Part shown: piece after piece, positions 28,407 through 38,524 of the stretch
Position numbering within the stretch: the stretch's first letter is position 1
Layout of the letters: each line of letters starts with the position of its first letter
NCBI GenBank assembly: GCA_963762255.1
Contig: CAVXKA010000001.1
Coordinates: 1,440,001 to 1,504,000 of the forward strand
From: Candidatus Eiseniibacteriota bacterium
GTDB lineage: Bacteria; Eisenbacteria; RBG-16-71-46; JABDJR01
DNA: 64,000 nt
Direction: 5' to 3'
Made by a program: the position numbers and the translations under genes
Notes under the pieces: generated by a model
The model's database searches: none
Seen by the model: only the letters and a program-made list of their open reading frames with translations
Told to the model about the DNA's origin: nothing

Positions 28407-29984
28407 TCAACGTGCGACGGCCTCGATGCGCTCCACCGCGCGGAGCCCGTCCGAGGCGCTCGACATGATCCCGCCAGCATAGCCCGCGCCTTCGCCGACC
28501 GGATAGAGTCCGGCCACCGATACCGACTGGTAGCTCTCCGCATCGCGCAGCACCCGCACCGGCGATGACGTGCGCGTCTCCAATCCGATCAGCACGCCTT
28601 CCGGCCCGTCGTACCCGCGCACCAGGCGGCCGAAGTGCCGAATGCCGCGGCGCAGGAACGGAACCAGGGAGGGGGGAAGAAGACCGGTGAGATCGGTCGG
28701 CCGCACCCCGCGCCGGTAGGAGGTTTCGATGCGCGTGGTGGACGGCCGCGCGGCAAGGAAGTCGGGGATGCGCTGAGCGGGGGCAACGTGGCCGCCGCCG
28801 CCGGCCTCGTAGGCCTTCACTTCCAACCGCCGCTGGAATTCGAGTCCGGCCAACGGCCCGGAAGCGCCGAAGTCCTCCGGGCGCACGGTCACCACCACTG
28901 CCGCGTTGCCGAAGGGCTGTTCGCGATTGCTGTAGGACATGCCGTTGACGGTGAGGCCGTCGACCTCGGTGCCCGCCGCCACCACTTCACCGCCGGGGCA
29001 CATGCAGAACGTGTAGGCGGAGCGATCGCCGCGCGGCGGATTGTAGGCCAGCATGTAATCCGCGGGCCCGGTCTCCGAGGCCTCCGCGCCGAGTTGCGCG
29101 CGGTTGAGAAGCGCCTGCGGGTGCTCGGCGCGCACCCCCACCGCGAAGGGGCGCGCTTCCATCGCGACCCGATGGCTACGCAGCATGCGGAACACGTCGC
29201 GCGCGCTGTGCCCGGTGGCGAGGAACACGGCATCGGTCTCGATGCGCTCGCCGTTGACGATCGCACCGCGCACGCGCCCGCCCTCGATCACGAGGTTCTC
29301 GAGACGTGCCCCGAATCGCATCTCCACGCCCGCCGCGTCCAGGCGCTCGTGCAGCGCGAGCAACGCGCGGCTGAGCCGGTTCGTGCCCAGATGCGGCTTC
29401 CCCGCGGTGACAATCTCCGGGGCCTGCGCGAGCTCGGAGAGGAGGCCCAGGATGTAGGGATTGCGCGGGTCGTTGCGCCGCGTGTAGAGCTTCCCGTCCG
29501 AAAACGTACCCGCGCCGCCGTCGCCGAAGACGACATTCGACTCGGGATCGAGGATGCCGTCGTTCCAGTAGCGGTTGACGTCCTTCCACCGTTCGCGCAG
29601 CGCGTGGCCGCGATCGATGACGAGCGGGCGATAGCCCTTCTCGAGGAGCGCGAGCGTGATGAAGAGGCCGGCGGGGCCGGTCCCCACCACGAGCGGCTGG
29701 CCGCCGATGCGCACCTGCGGTCCCGAGTAGAGCGCATCCTTGGGCGGAGCTTCGGCCACGATGTGCGGATCGCCCGCAAACCGCTGCAACACCGGCTCGG
29801 CGTCGGCGAGCTCCACCTCCACGTTGTAGACGCGCACCGGCTGATGCTTGCGCGCGTCCACCGAGGTCTTGACCACGGCCAGGTTCAGGATCTCTTCGAC
29901 GGGCACCCCGAGGCGCTCGGCCACGGCATGGCGCAGGCGGGATTCGGGCTCGGCATGGCGGAGATTATTGACGCGAATCTTCAT
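28407..29984 (-). CDS. FAD-dependent oxidoreductase (uncharacterised FAD dehydrogenase family)
   Basis: VVGTGPAGL, GDGGAGTFSDGKL, ATGHSARD, FCMCPGG, ETRTSSPVR, GEGAGYAGGIMS. Confidence 0.9.
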   Translation of the reverse strand: MKIRVNNLRHAEPESRLRHAVAERLGVPVEEILNLAVVKTSVDARKHQPVRVYNVEVELADAEPVLQRFAGDPHIVAEAPPKDALYSGPQVRIGGQPLVVGTGPAGLFITLALLEKGYRPLVIDRGHALRERWKDVNRYWNDGILDPESNVVFGDGGAGTFSDGKLYTRRNDPRNPYILGLLSELAQAPEIVTAGKPHLGTNRLSRALLALHERLDAAGVEMRFGARLENLVIEGGRVRGAIVNGERIETDAVFLATGHSARDVFRMLRSHRVAMEARPFAVGVRAEHPQALLNRAQLGAEASETGPADYMLAYNPPRGDRSAYTFCMCPGGEVVAAGTEVDGLTVNGMSYSNREQPFGNAAVVVTVRPEDFGASGPLAGLEFQRRLEVKAYEAGGGGHVAPAQRIPDFLAARPSTTRIETSYRRGVRPTDLTGLLPPSLVPFLRRGIRHFGRLVRGYDGPEGVLIGLETRTSSPVRVLRDAESYQSVSVAGLYPVGEGAGYAGGIMSSASDGLRAVERIEAVAR

Positions 29985-30147
29985 GATGGGCTCCTGCCGG
30001 CGGGTCAGGCCGGAAAGGGGGAGGGGACGCTGGATCAGTACCGCCATTGTAGCAGGAATCCGGGCCCGGCACCCCGCCTTGGCAGGGACGGGCGAGGGCC
30101 TTAGGATAGCCGCCGGATTCCTTCGCCGCACCTGTCAGGAGGTCCGT

Positions 30148-31002
30148 TTGCGCTCACTCTTCGCCGCCCTACTCGCGATGTCGCTTCTCTCTTGCACGAC
30201 ATCCGCGCCCCGGCAGCGCGTCATCGCCGCCAGCATGCCTCCCGTGGGCGCGATGGTGCGACTCGTGACCGGCGATGCGATCCCCGTGGTCACGCTCCTC
30301 CCGGCCGGGCGCAGCCCGCACGATTTCGAGCCGAGCGCGAGCGACGTGAAGCGCATGCAGGGGGCGGAACTCTACGTCTACGTCGGCGAGGACATCGACG
30401 GCTGGATGCGCCGCTCGGCGCAGGCGGTGGCGGGGGAGAGCGCGCCGATCCTCGCGATGCGCACCGTCGCGCCCGAGCCCGATCGCGATCCGCATCTCTG
30501 GCTCGATCTCGACACCGTGCGCAAGTTTCTCCCGGTGCTCGCCGAGCAGCTCGCCGCGGCGGATCCCGAGGGCGCCGCCGCATACCGTGCGCGTGCGGCC
30601 GCCGCGCTGGACAGCCTGACCGCCTTCGACGCCTGGGCGCGCGAGGAATTGGCCGGCGTGCACGATGTCCCGTTCGCGCTGCTCCACTCCGCCTTCACGT
30701 CCTTCTGCCGCCGCTACAACCTGTCCGCGGTGGGCATCCTGATGCTGCATCCCGAGGGGGAGGCGCTCCCGCGCTCGCTCGGCGACGTGGCCCGCGAACT
30801 CGAGACATCGAATGCGCATGTCGTCTTTGCCGAACCGCAACAGCCGCGGCGACTCGCCGAGTCGGTGGCGGCGGAGATCGGCGGCCAAGTCGGAATCGTG
30901 GACCCGCAGGGAGGCCCCGACCTGCCCGGACGCGACACCTACCTCGGACTGCTGCGGTGGAACGTGCGCAGTCTGGCCGAGAGCCTCCGCGGAGCCCGCT
31001 GA
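30148..31002 (+). CDS. znuA: Zn/Mn ABC transporter substrate-binding lipoprotein
   Basis: AGGAGG RBS + TTG, lipobox LLSC, SPHDFEP, DPHLWLD, LH, DP. Confidence 0.85.
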   Translation: MRSLFAALLAMSLLSCTTSAPRQRVIAASMPPVGAMVRLVTGDAIPVVTLLPAGRSPHDFEPSASDVKRMQGAELYVYVGEDIDGWMRRSAQAVAGESAPILAMRTVAPEPDRDPHLWLDLDTVRKFLPVLAEQLAAADPEGAAAYRARAAAALDSLTAFDAWAREELAGVHDVPFALLHSAFTSFCRRYNLSAVGILMLHPEGEALPRSLGDVARELETSNAHVVFAEPQQPRRLAESVAAEIGGQVGIVDPQGGPDLPGRDTYLGLLRWNVRSLAESLRGAR

Positions 31003-31006
31003 TCCG

Positions 31007-31762
31007 ATGGAAGCCTCTCCGCGCGCGCCGGTGATCGAGGTCAGCGGGGTCTCGCTGCGCCGCGCCGGCCGGCCCGTGCTCACCGACGTCTCGTTCAGCA
31101 TCGATGCGCAGGAGCTCGTCGGTCTGATCGGCCCCAACGGCGGCGGCAAGACCACGCTCCTCCAGGTCATCCTCGGGGTGCTGCGCCCCGACACCGGAAG
31201 CGTCCTCGTGTTCGGAAGGGATCCCGCGCGCCGCGGTCAGGATCGCGGCGATATCGGCTACGTGGCCCAGGCCAAGCTCTTCGAGCGCGACTTCCCCGCG
31301 CGCGCCAAGGACGTCGTCCTCATGGGCACCTTTGCCCAGATCGGCATTCTTCGGATTCCCGGCGCCGCGGAGAAGCGGCGGGCGATGGAGGCGTTGGAGC
31401 AGGTGGGCATGGCCGACCGCGCCGACCGTCCGATCGGCCGGCTCTCCGGCGGCGAACAGCAGCGCGTCTTCATCGCGCAGGCGCTCGTCTCGCATCCCAA
31501 GCTGCTCATCCTCGACGAGCCCACCGTGGGGGTGGATCGCGAGGGAGAGGAAGCCCTGCTCCATCTATTGTCGCGGCTCAAAAAGGAAGTCCAGCTCACC
31601 ATCCTGATGGTCAGTCACAACGTGGCCCTCATCCGCTCTCACACCGACCGCATCCTCTGCGTGAACCGCGAACTCTGCTTCACCGGTCCCGCCGTCGGGC
31701 TGACCGACGAGGTGATCGCCGAGGCCTATCACGCCCACCGGACGAGGCACTCCCATGCTTGA
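31007..31762 (+). CDS. znuC: Zn/Mn ABC transporter ATP-binding protein
   Basis: GPNGGGKTT, LSGGEQQR, LILDEP, SH; His-rich end. Confidence 0.88.
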   Translation: MEASPRAPVIEVSGVSLRRAGRPVLTDVSFSIDAQELVGLIGPNGGGKTTLLQVILGVLRPDTGSVLVFGRDPARRGQDRGDIGYVAQAKLFERDFPARAKDVVLMGTFAQIGILRIPGAAEKRRAMEALEQVGMADRADRPIGRLSGGEQQRVFIAQALVSHPKLLILDEPTVGVDREGEEALLHLLSRLKKEVQLTILMVSHNVALIRSHTDRILCVNRELCFTGPAVGLTDEVIAEAYHAHRTRHSHA

Positions 31763-32573
31763 TCATCTTCGCGAGATGCTCGGGCTCGGGTTCATGCAGC
31801 GCGCGTTCCTCGGCGGGGCGATGATCGGCGCCACCTGCGCGTTTCTCTCGGTGTTCGTCGTGCTGCGGCGCATGGCGTTCGTGAGCCAGGGGGTGAGCCA
31901 CGCCGCTTTCGGCGGAGTCGCGCTCGCGGTGCTGCTCGGTCTGGATCCCACCTGGGGAGCCGCCGTCTTCTCCGTCGCCACCGCGTTCGGCATCGGCGCG
32001 GTGAGCCGCCGCCGCCGCGTGGCCGAGGACAGCACGATCGGGATCTTCCTCGCCGTGGCCATGGCCCTCGGCGTGATCTTCCTCGGATTGCGCAAGGGGA
32101 GCACCGCGAACCTCTTCGGATACCTCTTCGGCAGCATCCTCTCCATCCTTCCCAGCGATCTCCCCTGGATGCTCGGAATGACGGGACTCGTCTTCGTGCT
32201 TTTGGTGGCCTTCGTCAAGGAACTCTACTTCTATGTCTTCGACGAGGAGATGGCGAGGGTCGCCGGGATCCCCGTCGACTTCCTCTACTTCGGACTCCTC
32301 GTGCTGCTCGCGGTCACGATCGTGGTCAGCATCAAGCTCGTGGGGGTGATCCTGGTCACCGCGCTGCTCGTCATTCCCGGCGCCGCGGCCCGGCTCGTCA
32401 CCAGCAACATCGTCGCGTTGATCGGGGTCTCGGTCGGGATGGGTGTGCTGAGCGTGGTCATCGGGCTGACCGGGGCCTATCTCCTGGATGTGAGTCCCGG
32501 CGCCGCGATTGTCATCGTCCTCTTCGCCGGCTTCATCGTGTCGCTTCTGGGCACCTCGCGCAAGAACCGCTGA
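31755..32573 (+). CDS. znuB: Zn/Mn ABC transporter permease
   Basis: FMQRA, SHAAFGG, YLFGSIL, VGVILVTALLVIP. Confidence 0.88.
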   Translation: MLDHLREMLGLGFMQRAFLGGAMIGATCAFLSVFVVLRRMAFVSQGVSHAAFGGVALAVLLGLDPTWGAAVFSVATAFGIGAVSRRRRVAEDSTIGIFLAVAMALGVIFLGLRKGSTANLFGYLFGSILSILPSDLPWMLGMTGLVFVLLVAFVKELYFYVFDEEMARVAGIPVDFLYFGLLVLLAVTIVVSIKLVGVILVTALLVIPGAAARLVTSNIVALIGVSVGMGVLSVVIGLTGAYLLDVSPGAAIVIVLFAGFIVSLLGTSRKNR

Positions 32574-32616
32574 CCGAGCGGTTCGCGTCTTCGCCCGCTC
32601 GGGGTACACTCTGGCC

Positions 32617-33849
32617 ATGGCCACCCCCAAGGACACTCCCTTCCCCGCAGCCGCCTTCGCGGAGGCCGCCCGCGTCTACGCGGAAGAGCACGATCTCTTC
32701 GCGCTGGCCGCTCGGTGCGGCGCGCGCAAGAAGGGATATCGCTTGCAGACCCTGGGCGTGGACGCGGTGGCCGATCTACTCGCCGAGCGCGTGGCGGAGC
32801 ACGCCGTCGCACGCAAGCGCGCCCTTTCGCAGATGCTGGAGGATCTCGGGGGAGCGCCGGAACCGCTTGCCGCCGAGGAGCCGGCGGCCCTGCGCAAGCG
32901 ACTGCGCACCGTGCCGATCCCCGACGCCCCGACGCGCGCGCGGTGGATTTTTGCCCTCTTGCTCGATCCGAGGCCGGAGATGTGGCCGCTGGTCTCCGCG
33001 CTGCGCCGACCGCCGCGACGGGCCTCGGTGGGCGCGCGCGCCGAGCAGCACGCGGAGGTTGACGCCGGCCGCCTGGCAAAGGATCTGGATCGCGCCGGAC
33101 ACACGGCGGATGCGCTGCGCGAAGAGCGCGATCGCATGGCCCGGGATGTACGAACCCTCCAGCGGGTCATCGCGCGCGAGACCGATCTGCGCAAGCAAGC
33201 CGAGCGCCGGGCGGAGCGCGCCTACGAGACCGCTAGAAAGAGCGCGGATGAAGCGACCGAGGCCAAAGCGGAGCTTCGACGCCGGGTGCAGCGGGCGGCC
33301 CAGGTGACCGACGGCGCGGCTTCCGCCAGGCAGTGGCGCGACCTGCAGAGCCGCATGACCGAGCTGGCTGAGATGAACGCCGCACTGCGGCGCGATTACT
33401 CGGCGGCGCACAGCGCCCTGCGATCGCTCAAAGATCGCATGGCCGAGCGCTGGACCGAGGGGAAGATCAGGGAGAGGGATCTGAAACCGATCGATCCCGA
33501 CGAGCCCCTGGTGGTGGAGCCGCCGCTCGAGCGTGACCCGCGCCCGGCCGCGGAGAAGGTGCGCATGCCGAGCGATCCCCATCACTGGCCCGGCGGCTCG
33601 GCGCGGTTCCGCGGTTTTCTCGAGCGCATCGCCCGATGCGAGCATGTCACGCGGATCATGCCGCGATCGTTCCAGCATCCCACCCGGCACGGCATCTCGT
33701 TCGTCACCGACGAGGGAGATCTCATCGCGCGCGTCTCGGAGGGAGACCACGCGGCGATCGTCCTGATCCTCACCACCGCCACGCATCGGGGGCAGGGGGA
33801 GCATGTGCGCCGGGAGATCACGCCTCTTTTTGCCGAGAGAGGACTCTAG
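32617..33849 (+). CDS. Hypothetical protein with central coiled coil
   Basis: Long ORF with GC3 bias; TACACT 6 nt before ATG; no family recognised. Confidence 0.7.
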   Translation: MATPKDTPFPAAAFAEAARVYAEEHDLFALAARCGARKKGYRLQTLGVDAVADLLAERVAEHAVARKRALSQMLEDLGGAPEPLAAEEPAALRKRLRTVPIPDAPTRARWIFALLLDPRPEMWPLVSALRRPPRRASVGARAEQHAEVDAGRLAKDLDRAGHTADALREERDRMARDVRTLQRVIARETDLRKQAERRAERAYETARKSADEATEAKAELRRRVQRAAQVTDGAASARQWRDLQSRMTELAEMNAALRRDYSAAHSALRSLKDRMAERWTEGKIRERDLKPIDPDEPLVVEPPLERDPRPAAEKVRMPSDPHHWPGGSARFRGFLERIARCEHVTRIMPRSFQHPTRHGISFVTDEGDLIARVSEGDHAAIVLILTTATHRGQGEHVRREITPLFAERGL

Positions 33850-34069
33850 TCCGCCCGCAACTGCGGCCTCGCCCCTGCCTTCATCGCGAGACGCCTCGCC
33901 CCCGGGATTAGCGACGCCCTCGGCGCGGTACTCGCTCTCGTTGGGGTTCTCCCTCAGACCTGGCCCCACGAGGTCCGGCCGGCGCGGAGCCCGTCGCCGA
34001 CCGACCTCGTAACTAAATGAAACAAAAAGACTTAAACGCGAACATCGGACGTTCGGAGGTCGAGTCATC

Positions 34070-35542
34070 ATGAAGCGCAGGGTTTGGATTGTGTTCAGCG
34101 TCGTGGTCATGGCGGCATTCCTGGCCGGAGGTTGGGCCGTGCCCCAGCTCTTTTCCGCTAGCGCGGCGAAGCCGGTCGACCAGTTCACCCCGGAGCAGAG
34201 GGCGGCCTTACAGGATCTCAAGGCGTTCTCCTCGGGATTCGCCGCGGTGGCCCAGGCGGTGTCGCCGTCGGTGGTAACGGTCACGAGCGAGAAGCTCGTG
34301 CAGCCCGCCGCAAACCCGTTCAGCAACGACCCCATGTTCCGCCGGTTCTTCGGCGACCAGGGGCAGAACGATCAGCCGTTCAAGCAGCGCGGCCTCGGCT
34401 CGGGGGTCATCGTCCGTGAAGACGGCTACGTCTTGACCAACAACCATGTGATCCAGGGCGCAGACGAACTCACCGTGGAACTCTTCGACGGGCGGAAGCT
34501 CCCCGCCAAGGTGGTGGGCGCCGACCCGCGCAGCGATCTGGCGGTGCTACGCGTGGATGCGAGCGGTCTCCCCGCCATGTCTATAGGCGACTCCGAGAAG
34601 GTGCGCATCGGCGAGTGGGTGCTGGCGATCGGCTCGCCCTTCAACGAGAACCTGCAGCACACCGTCACGGCCGGTATCGTGAGCGCCACCGGGCGCTCGG
34701 GGATGAACCTCAACGAGTACGAGGACTTCATTCAGACCGACGCCGCCATCAATCCCGGCAACTCCGGGGGCGCGCTCGTGAACCTGGACGGCGAGATGAT
34801 CGGCATCAACTCCGCGATCGCCTCGCGCACCGGCGGCTCCAACGGCATCGGGTTCGCCATTCCCGCGAACATCGCGGTGGATGTGATGAACGACCTCATC
34901 ACCGACGGGAAGGTCACCCGCGGATGGCTGGGAGTCAGCATCCAGGACGTGAACCAGGATCTCGCCCAGGCCATGGGCTTGAGCACGGAGAGCGGCGTGC
35001 TCATCAACTCGGTGGCGAAAGACGGACCGGCCGAGAAGGCGGGTCTCGATCAGGGCGACGTGATCGTGCGTTTCGACGGCAAGACCATGAAGAACGTGTC
35101 CGAGCTGCGCCTCGCCGTGGCCAAGGCGGACCCGAGCGACGAAGCCGAAGTCGTCGTCCTGCGCGACGGCAAGGAGAAGACCGTCGCCGTTCGACTCGGG
35201 GAGTTTCCCGAGGACGGCTCCGCGGTCGCCGTCGAGAGCGGAGAGGTGCACCAGGACGATCTCGGCATCACGGTGGAGCCGATCACGCCCGATCTGGTCG
35301 ATCAGTTCGAATTGCAGGACGTGTCGAAGGGCCTGGTGGTCACCACGGTCACTCCGGCCAGCCCCGCCCAGGACGCCGGTATCCAACCCGGCGACGTCGT
35401 GCTCAAGGTAAACCGCGTGAGCATCGCCTCGCTCAAGGACTACCGCGAGGCGCTCGCCCGCGCCGAGAAGGGAAGCCCGGCGCTCTTCCTCCTCCAGCGA
35501 GGCACGAACACGTTCTTCATAGCCCTCCGTTCGAAGCCGTAA
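34070..35542 (+). CDS. DegP/DegQ serine endoprotease with two PDZ domains
   Basis: GLGSGVI, TNNHVI, SDLAVL, IQTDAAINPGNSGGAL; two PDZ domains. Confidence 0.95.
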   Translation: MKRRVWIVFSVVVMAAFLAGGWAVPQLFSASAAKPVDQFTPEQRAALQDLKAFSSGFAAVAQAVSPSVVTVTSEKLVQPAANPFSNDPMFRRFFGDQGQNDQPFKQRGLGSGVIVREDGYVLTNNHVIQGADELTVELFDGRKLPAKVVGADPRSDLAVLRVDASGLPAMSIGDSEKVRIGEWVLAIGSPFNENLQHTVTAGIVSATGRSGMNLNEYEDFIQTDAAINPGNSGGALVNLDGEMIGINSAIASRTGGSNGIGFAIPANIAVDVMNDLITDGKVTRGWLGVSIQDVNQDLAQAMGLSTESGVLINSVAKDGPAEKAGLDQGDVIVRFDGKTMKNVSELRLAVAKADPSDEAEVVVLRDGKEKTVAVRLGEFPEDGSAVAVESGEVHQDDLGITVEPITPDLVDQFELQDVSKGLVVTTVTPASPAQDAGIQPGDVVLKVNRVSIASLKDYREALARAEKGSPALFLLQRGTNTFFIALRSKP

Positions 35543-35564
35543 GAAGGCATCCCCATGAGGTGAG

Positions 35565-35596
35565 AACGGGGCTCCGCATCCGGAGCCCCGTTTCTC
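35565..35596 (+). terminator. Terminator-like hairpin after degP/degQ
   Basis: aacggggctccg/cggagccccgtt stem followed by tctc. Confidence 0.7.
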
Positions 35597-35608
35597 TATA
35601 CTTGGCGG

Positions 35609-36778
35609 GTGCGAACCCCACCCATCCGGCTCCTGGTCGCCACGTTCCTCGTCCTCTGCGGCTGCGCGCCCCCCGGAGCGGGGCCGATCTCCGACCGCGA
35701 TCCCGGCTGGCCTTACGCCGGCGTCCAGTCGAGGACGCGCGTTCCGGCGGAGCTGATCGGGCAGCCGATCTTCACCGGACGTTGGATCGCCGCCGATGCC
35801 GAGGGGGTGGCCGCGTACACCGAGACGTCGGAGGCCCGGTATTTCTGCCGGGTCCCCTTCGACGACCCGCACCGGTTGCAGTTCCTCGACCTCGGCGTCG
35901 GCGCCGAAGTCGAGACCATCGGCTTCCTCCCGCGGGATCGCAGCCTGCTCCTGGTGGGGGCTGTGATGTCACCGCATCATCGCGAGGCGGTGGTCGTCCG
36001 CTCGCTTCTCGAAGTGGATTCCGAGACGCTCGCCCTGGTCGGCATGGTTCCTCTACCGCGGGACGGACGCGCCCGCGGTCTCGCGATCGATGCCTACCGC
36101 CGTCGCGTGTTCCTTCTCGATGACACGGCGGGCTCGGGCGAGGTCGTCGCGATCGACCTGTACGGGGGGCGGCGTGTCGCGCGCGCCTCTGCGGGGATCG
36201 TGCCGGCGTCGGTGGAGCGCAAGGGACTGGCGGGCGACGAGGACGGGCGCGTGCTCTTCTGCCTCGCCGGTGGAGAGGGGGTGCGCAGCGATTTCCAGCC
36301 CATCGGGGGGGACACCGCCGACGCGCCGCACCTGGTCGTGTTCGAGGCCGAGGGCCTTACCGTGCGCGCGCGCGTGCCCCTGGATCCCGGCTTCGAGCCA
36401 CGGGCGGTGGCCTACGATGACGATCGTTCCCGCGCGTACGTCCTGGAGGCGCGGCGCGATCGCAGCCGCCTCGTGGTGGTAGACGGCAACTTCGATACGG
36501 TGCGCAGCCGCATCGACCTCCCCGAGGCGACAACCGATCTGGTTCTCTCCGGCGGCTTCGCCTTCATGCCCGGTTCCTACGGCATCTACATCGTGGATCT
36601 CGATCTCGAGTCGCTCATCAGCCGGCCTACGCAGTTCTTCGATCTCACCGGCGAGATGGCGGTCTCCGCCGCGGGCTCGACGGCGCTCGTGCTCTATCAA
36701 TCGGCCCGAAGCGGGGGAATCCCTGGACTTGCCGTTCTGTCCCTGCAAACCGGGGCGCTCCTGGACGTGCTGCAATGA
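35609..36778 (+). CDS. Lipoprotein, YncE-like beta-propeller
   Basis: Lipobox LCGC; repeated P-R-A/G-V/L-A-x-D…R-x-Y/F-V/L blades. Confidence 0.65.
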   Translation: MRTPPIRLLVATFLVLCGCAPPGAGPISDRDPGWPYAGVQSRTRVPAELIGQPIFTGRWIAADAEGVAAYTETSEARYFCRVPFDDPHRLQFLDLGVGAEVETIGFLPRDRSLLLVGAVMSPHHREAVVVRSLLEVDSETLALVGMVPLPRDGRARGLAIDAYRRRVFLLDDTAGSGEVVAIDLYGGRRVARASAGIVPASVERKGLAGDEDGRVLFCLAGGEGVRSDFQPIGGDTADAPHLVVFEAEGLTVRARVPLDPGFEPRAVAYDDDRSRAYVLEARRDRSRLVVVDGNFDTVRSRIDLPEATTDLVLSGGFAFMPGSYGIYIVDLDLESLISRPTQFFDLTGEMAVSAAGSTALVLYQSARSGGIPGLAVLSLQTGALLDVLQ

Positions 36779-37764
36779 GCGAAGCCCTGCTCCAGAACCT
36801 GGACCAGATTCCACAAGCGATGGTCCGACACGGGCTCGACCCCGAGCGCCACGCGGAACTGCTCGTCCATGTGCGCGACTTCTTTCGTCGTTACGCCGAT
36901 CTCGAGCGGCGCCTGCTCGGGGAGGTGTGGGTGACCTATCCTGCTCACCTGCTCGAAGGGCTTCCCACGGACGACCCGATGCAGGCGGGCGAAACGCTGG
37001 CCCGCCGAGAGCGGGCCCGGCTTCATCTGGGCGACGGCGAGAGCGGGGATCTCATGACGCTTCTCGACCGCGAGGGGCTCAAGGTCTACCGGCCGCTCTT
37101 TCCGCAGGACACTCCCCTCGAGGGGATCTTCCTCTTCGATGCGGAGGCCGGTCCGAGCCTCATCGTCAACGGACTGTTGGCGCCCCTGGAGGCGGACTTC
37201 GTCTTCTCGCGCCTCTACGCCCACTACCTCATCGACAACGATCCCTATTCGATTCATCTGTTGGTGCGGGGGGAGGAGCCCTCGGCCGTCGACCTGCGCG
37301 CACAAGCTTTCGCCGCCGCGTTTCTGATCCCCGCGGAAGGCCTCGCCACCTACTTGAAGGCGCTGCATTGGACCCCCGACTCCGTGGTGGACGCCGGCAT
37401 CGCGGTTCAGCTCGCTGCCTACTTCGAGGTCGGCTTTCGGACGCTGTTCGCGCGCCTCTTGAGCCTGAACCTCGTCGGGCCGGACGATGTCTCACCGCTC
37501 CTCATCGCACTCGAATCCGCGGGGGGACCGGTCGTGGCCGAGCGACCGGAGAACGCCATACCCGAGCGGTTCGTGCGGCTCGCGCTGGAGGCGCACGCGC
37601 GCAAGCTCTTCGACGTTCACGCTCTCGCCCTCTATCTGGAGACCGACCTCGCCGCCACGCGGCGCCTGGCCGGACGTTTTCAACTCGGCGACGAAACCTC
37701 CGGCCGCGAAGAACGACCCCGACTCCCGCGCGGCCGTGTCGAGAAAGGAAAGCCGAAACCGTGA
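36775..37764 (+). CDS. ImmA/IrrE (peptidase M78)-like protein with degenerate zinc motif
   Basis: GETLARRERARLHLG…LLDREGLKVY…LIVN…FVFSRLYAHYLID…RAQAFAAAFLIP…LAAYFEVG; HExxH appears as RLYAH. Confidence 0.7.
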   Translation: MSEALLQNLDQIPQAMVRHGLDPERHAELLVHVRDFFRRYADLERRLLGEVWVTYPAHLLEGLPTDDPMQAGETLARRERARLHLGDGESGDLMTLLDREGLKVYRPLFPQDTPLEGIFLFDAEAGPSLIVNGLLAPLEADFVFSRLYAHYLIDNDPYSIHLLVRGEEPSAVDLRAQAFAAAFLIPAEGLATYLKALHWTPDSVVDAGIAVQLAAYFEVGFRTLFARLLSLNLVGPDDVSPLLIALESAGGPVVAERPENAIPERFVRLALEAHARKLFDVHALALYLETDLAATRRLAGRFQLGDETSGREERPRLPRGRVEKGKPKP

Positions 37765-38417
37765 CCCTCGCCCGCCGGCTCCCCGTGATCGGCGCGGATC
37801 CCATCCCGGTGGGGAAGATCCTCGCCGTGGGCCGCAACTACGCGGATCATGCCGCGGAGATGCAGGCGCCAGCCGACCCCGTCATCTTCATGAAACCGAC
37901 GACCGCGCTGCGGCTCCCGGGGGAGGACGTCGTTCTGCCGCGCGATCGGGGGAGTGTCCACCACGAGGTGGAGATTCTGGTGGCGCTCTCTCGCGGCGGA
38001 ACGCACCTCACCGAGGCCGAGGCGGCGCGTGCGGTCGGCGCCTACGGAATCGGGCTCGATCTCACCCTGCGCGATGTACAGGCCGCGGCCAAGGCCAAGG
38101 GTCTCCCGTGGACCCTTGCCAAGGGGTTCGACGGCGCGCTTCCGGTGAGCGAGTTCGTCCCGGCCGCGCGCATTCCCGAACCCCGCGACCTCCGTTTCCG
38201 GCTGGAGCTGAACGGCACGCTGCGCCAGGAAGGGCGCGCAGTGGACATGGTGCTTTCCGTGCCTGCACTCCTCGCGTTCATCTCCACCTGGATCACCCTC
38301 GAGCCGGGCGACCTCGTCCTTACCGGTACTCCCGCGGGAGTGGGGCCGATCGTGGCCGGCGACGAGGCGCACATCGTGCTCGATGGCTGGACGGAAGCGC
38401 GCTTCCGCTTCTCCTAG
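37761..38417 (+). CDS. Fumarylacetoacetate hydrolase family protein
   Basis: GKILAVGRNYADHA, FMKP, HHEVE, DLTLRDVQ, KGFD, TLEPGDLVLTGTPAGVG. Confidence 0.92.
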   Translation: MTLARRLPVIGADPIPVGKILAVGRNYADHAAEMQAPADPVIFMKPTTALRLPGEDVVLPRDRGSVHHEVEILVALSRGGTHLTEAEAARAVGAYGIGLDLTLRDVQAAAKAKGLPWTLAKGFDGALPVSEFVPAARIPEPRDLRFRLELNGTLRQEGRAVDMVLSVPALLAFISTWITLEPGDLVLTGTPAGVGPIVAGDEAHIVLDGWTEARFRFS

Positions 38418-38524
38418 AGGGCACGCGCCCTTGATTCCCTGCGCGCGAGGGCGCTAGACTCGCCGCACTTTCTGGCCGGAGATCGTCGGCCGTTTCCGCA
38501 GCTCCGGCAAGGAGCTGCTCGAAG

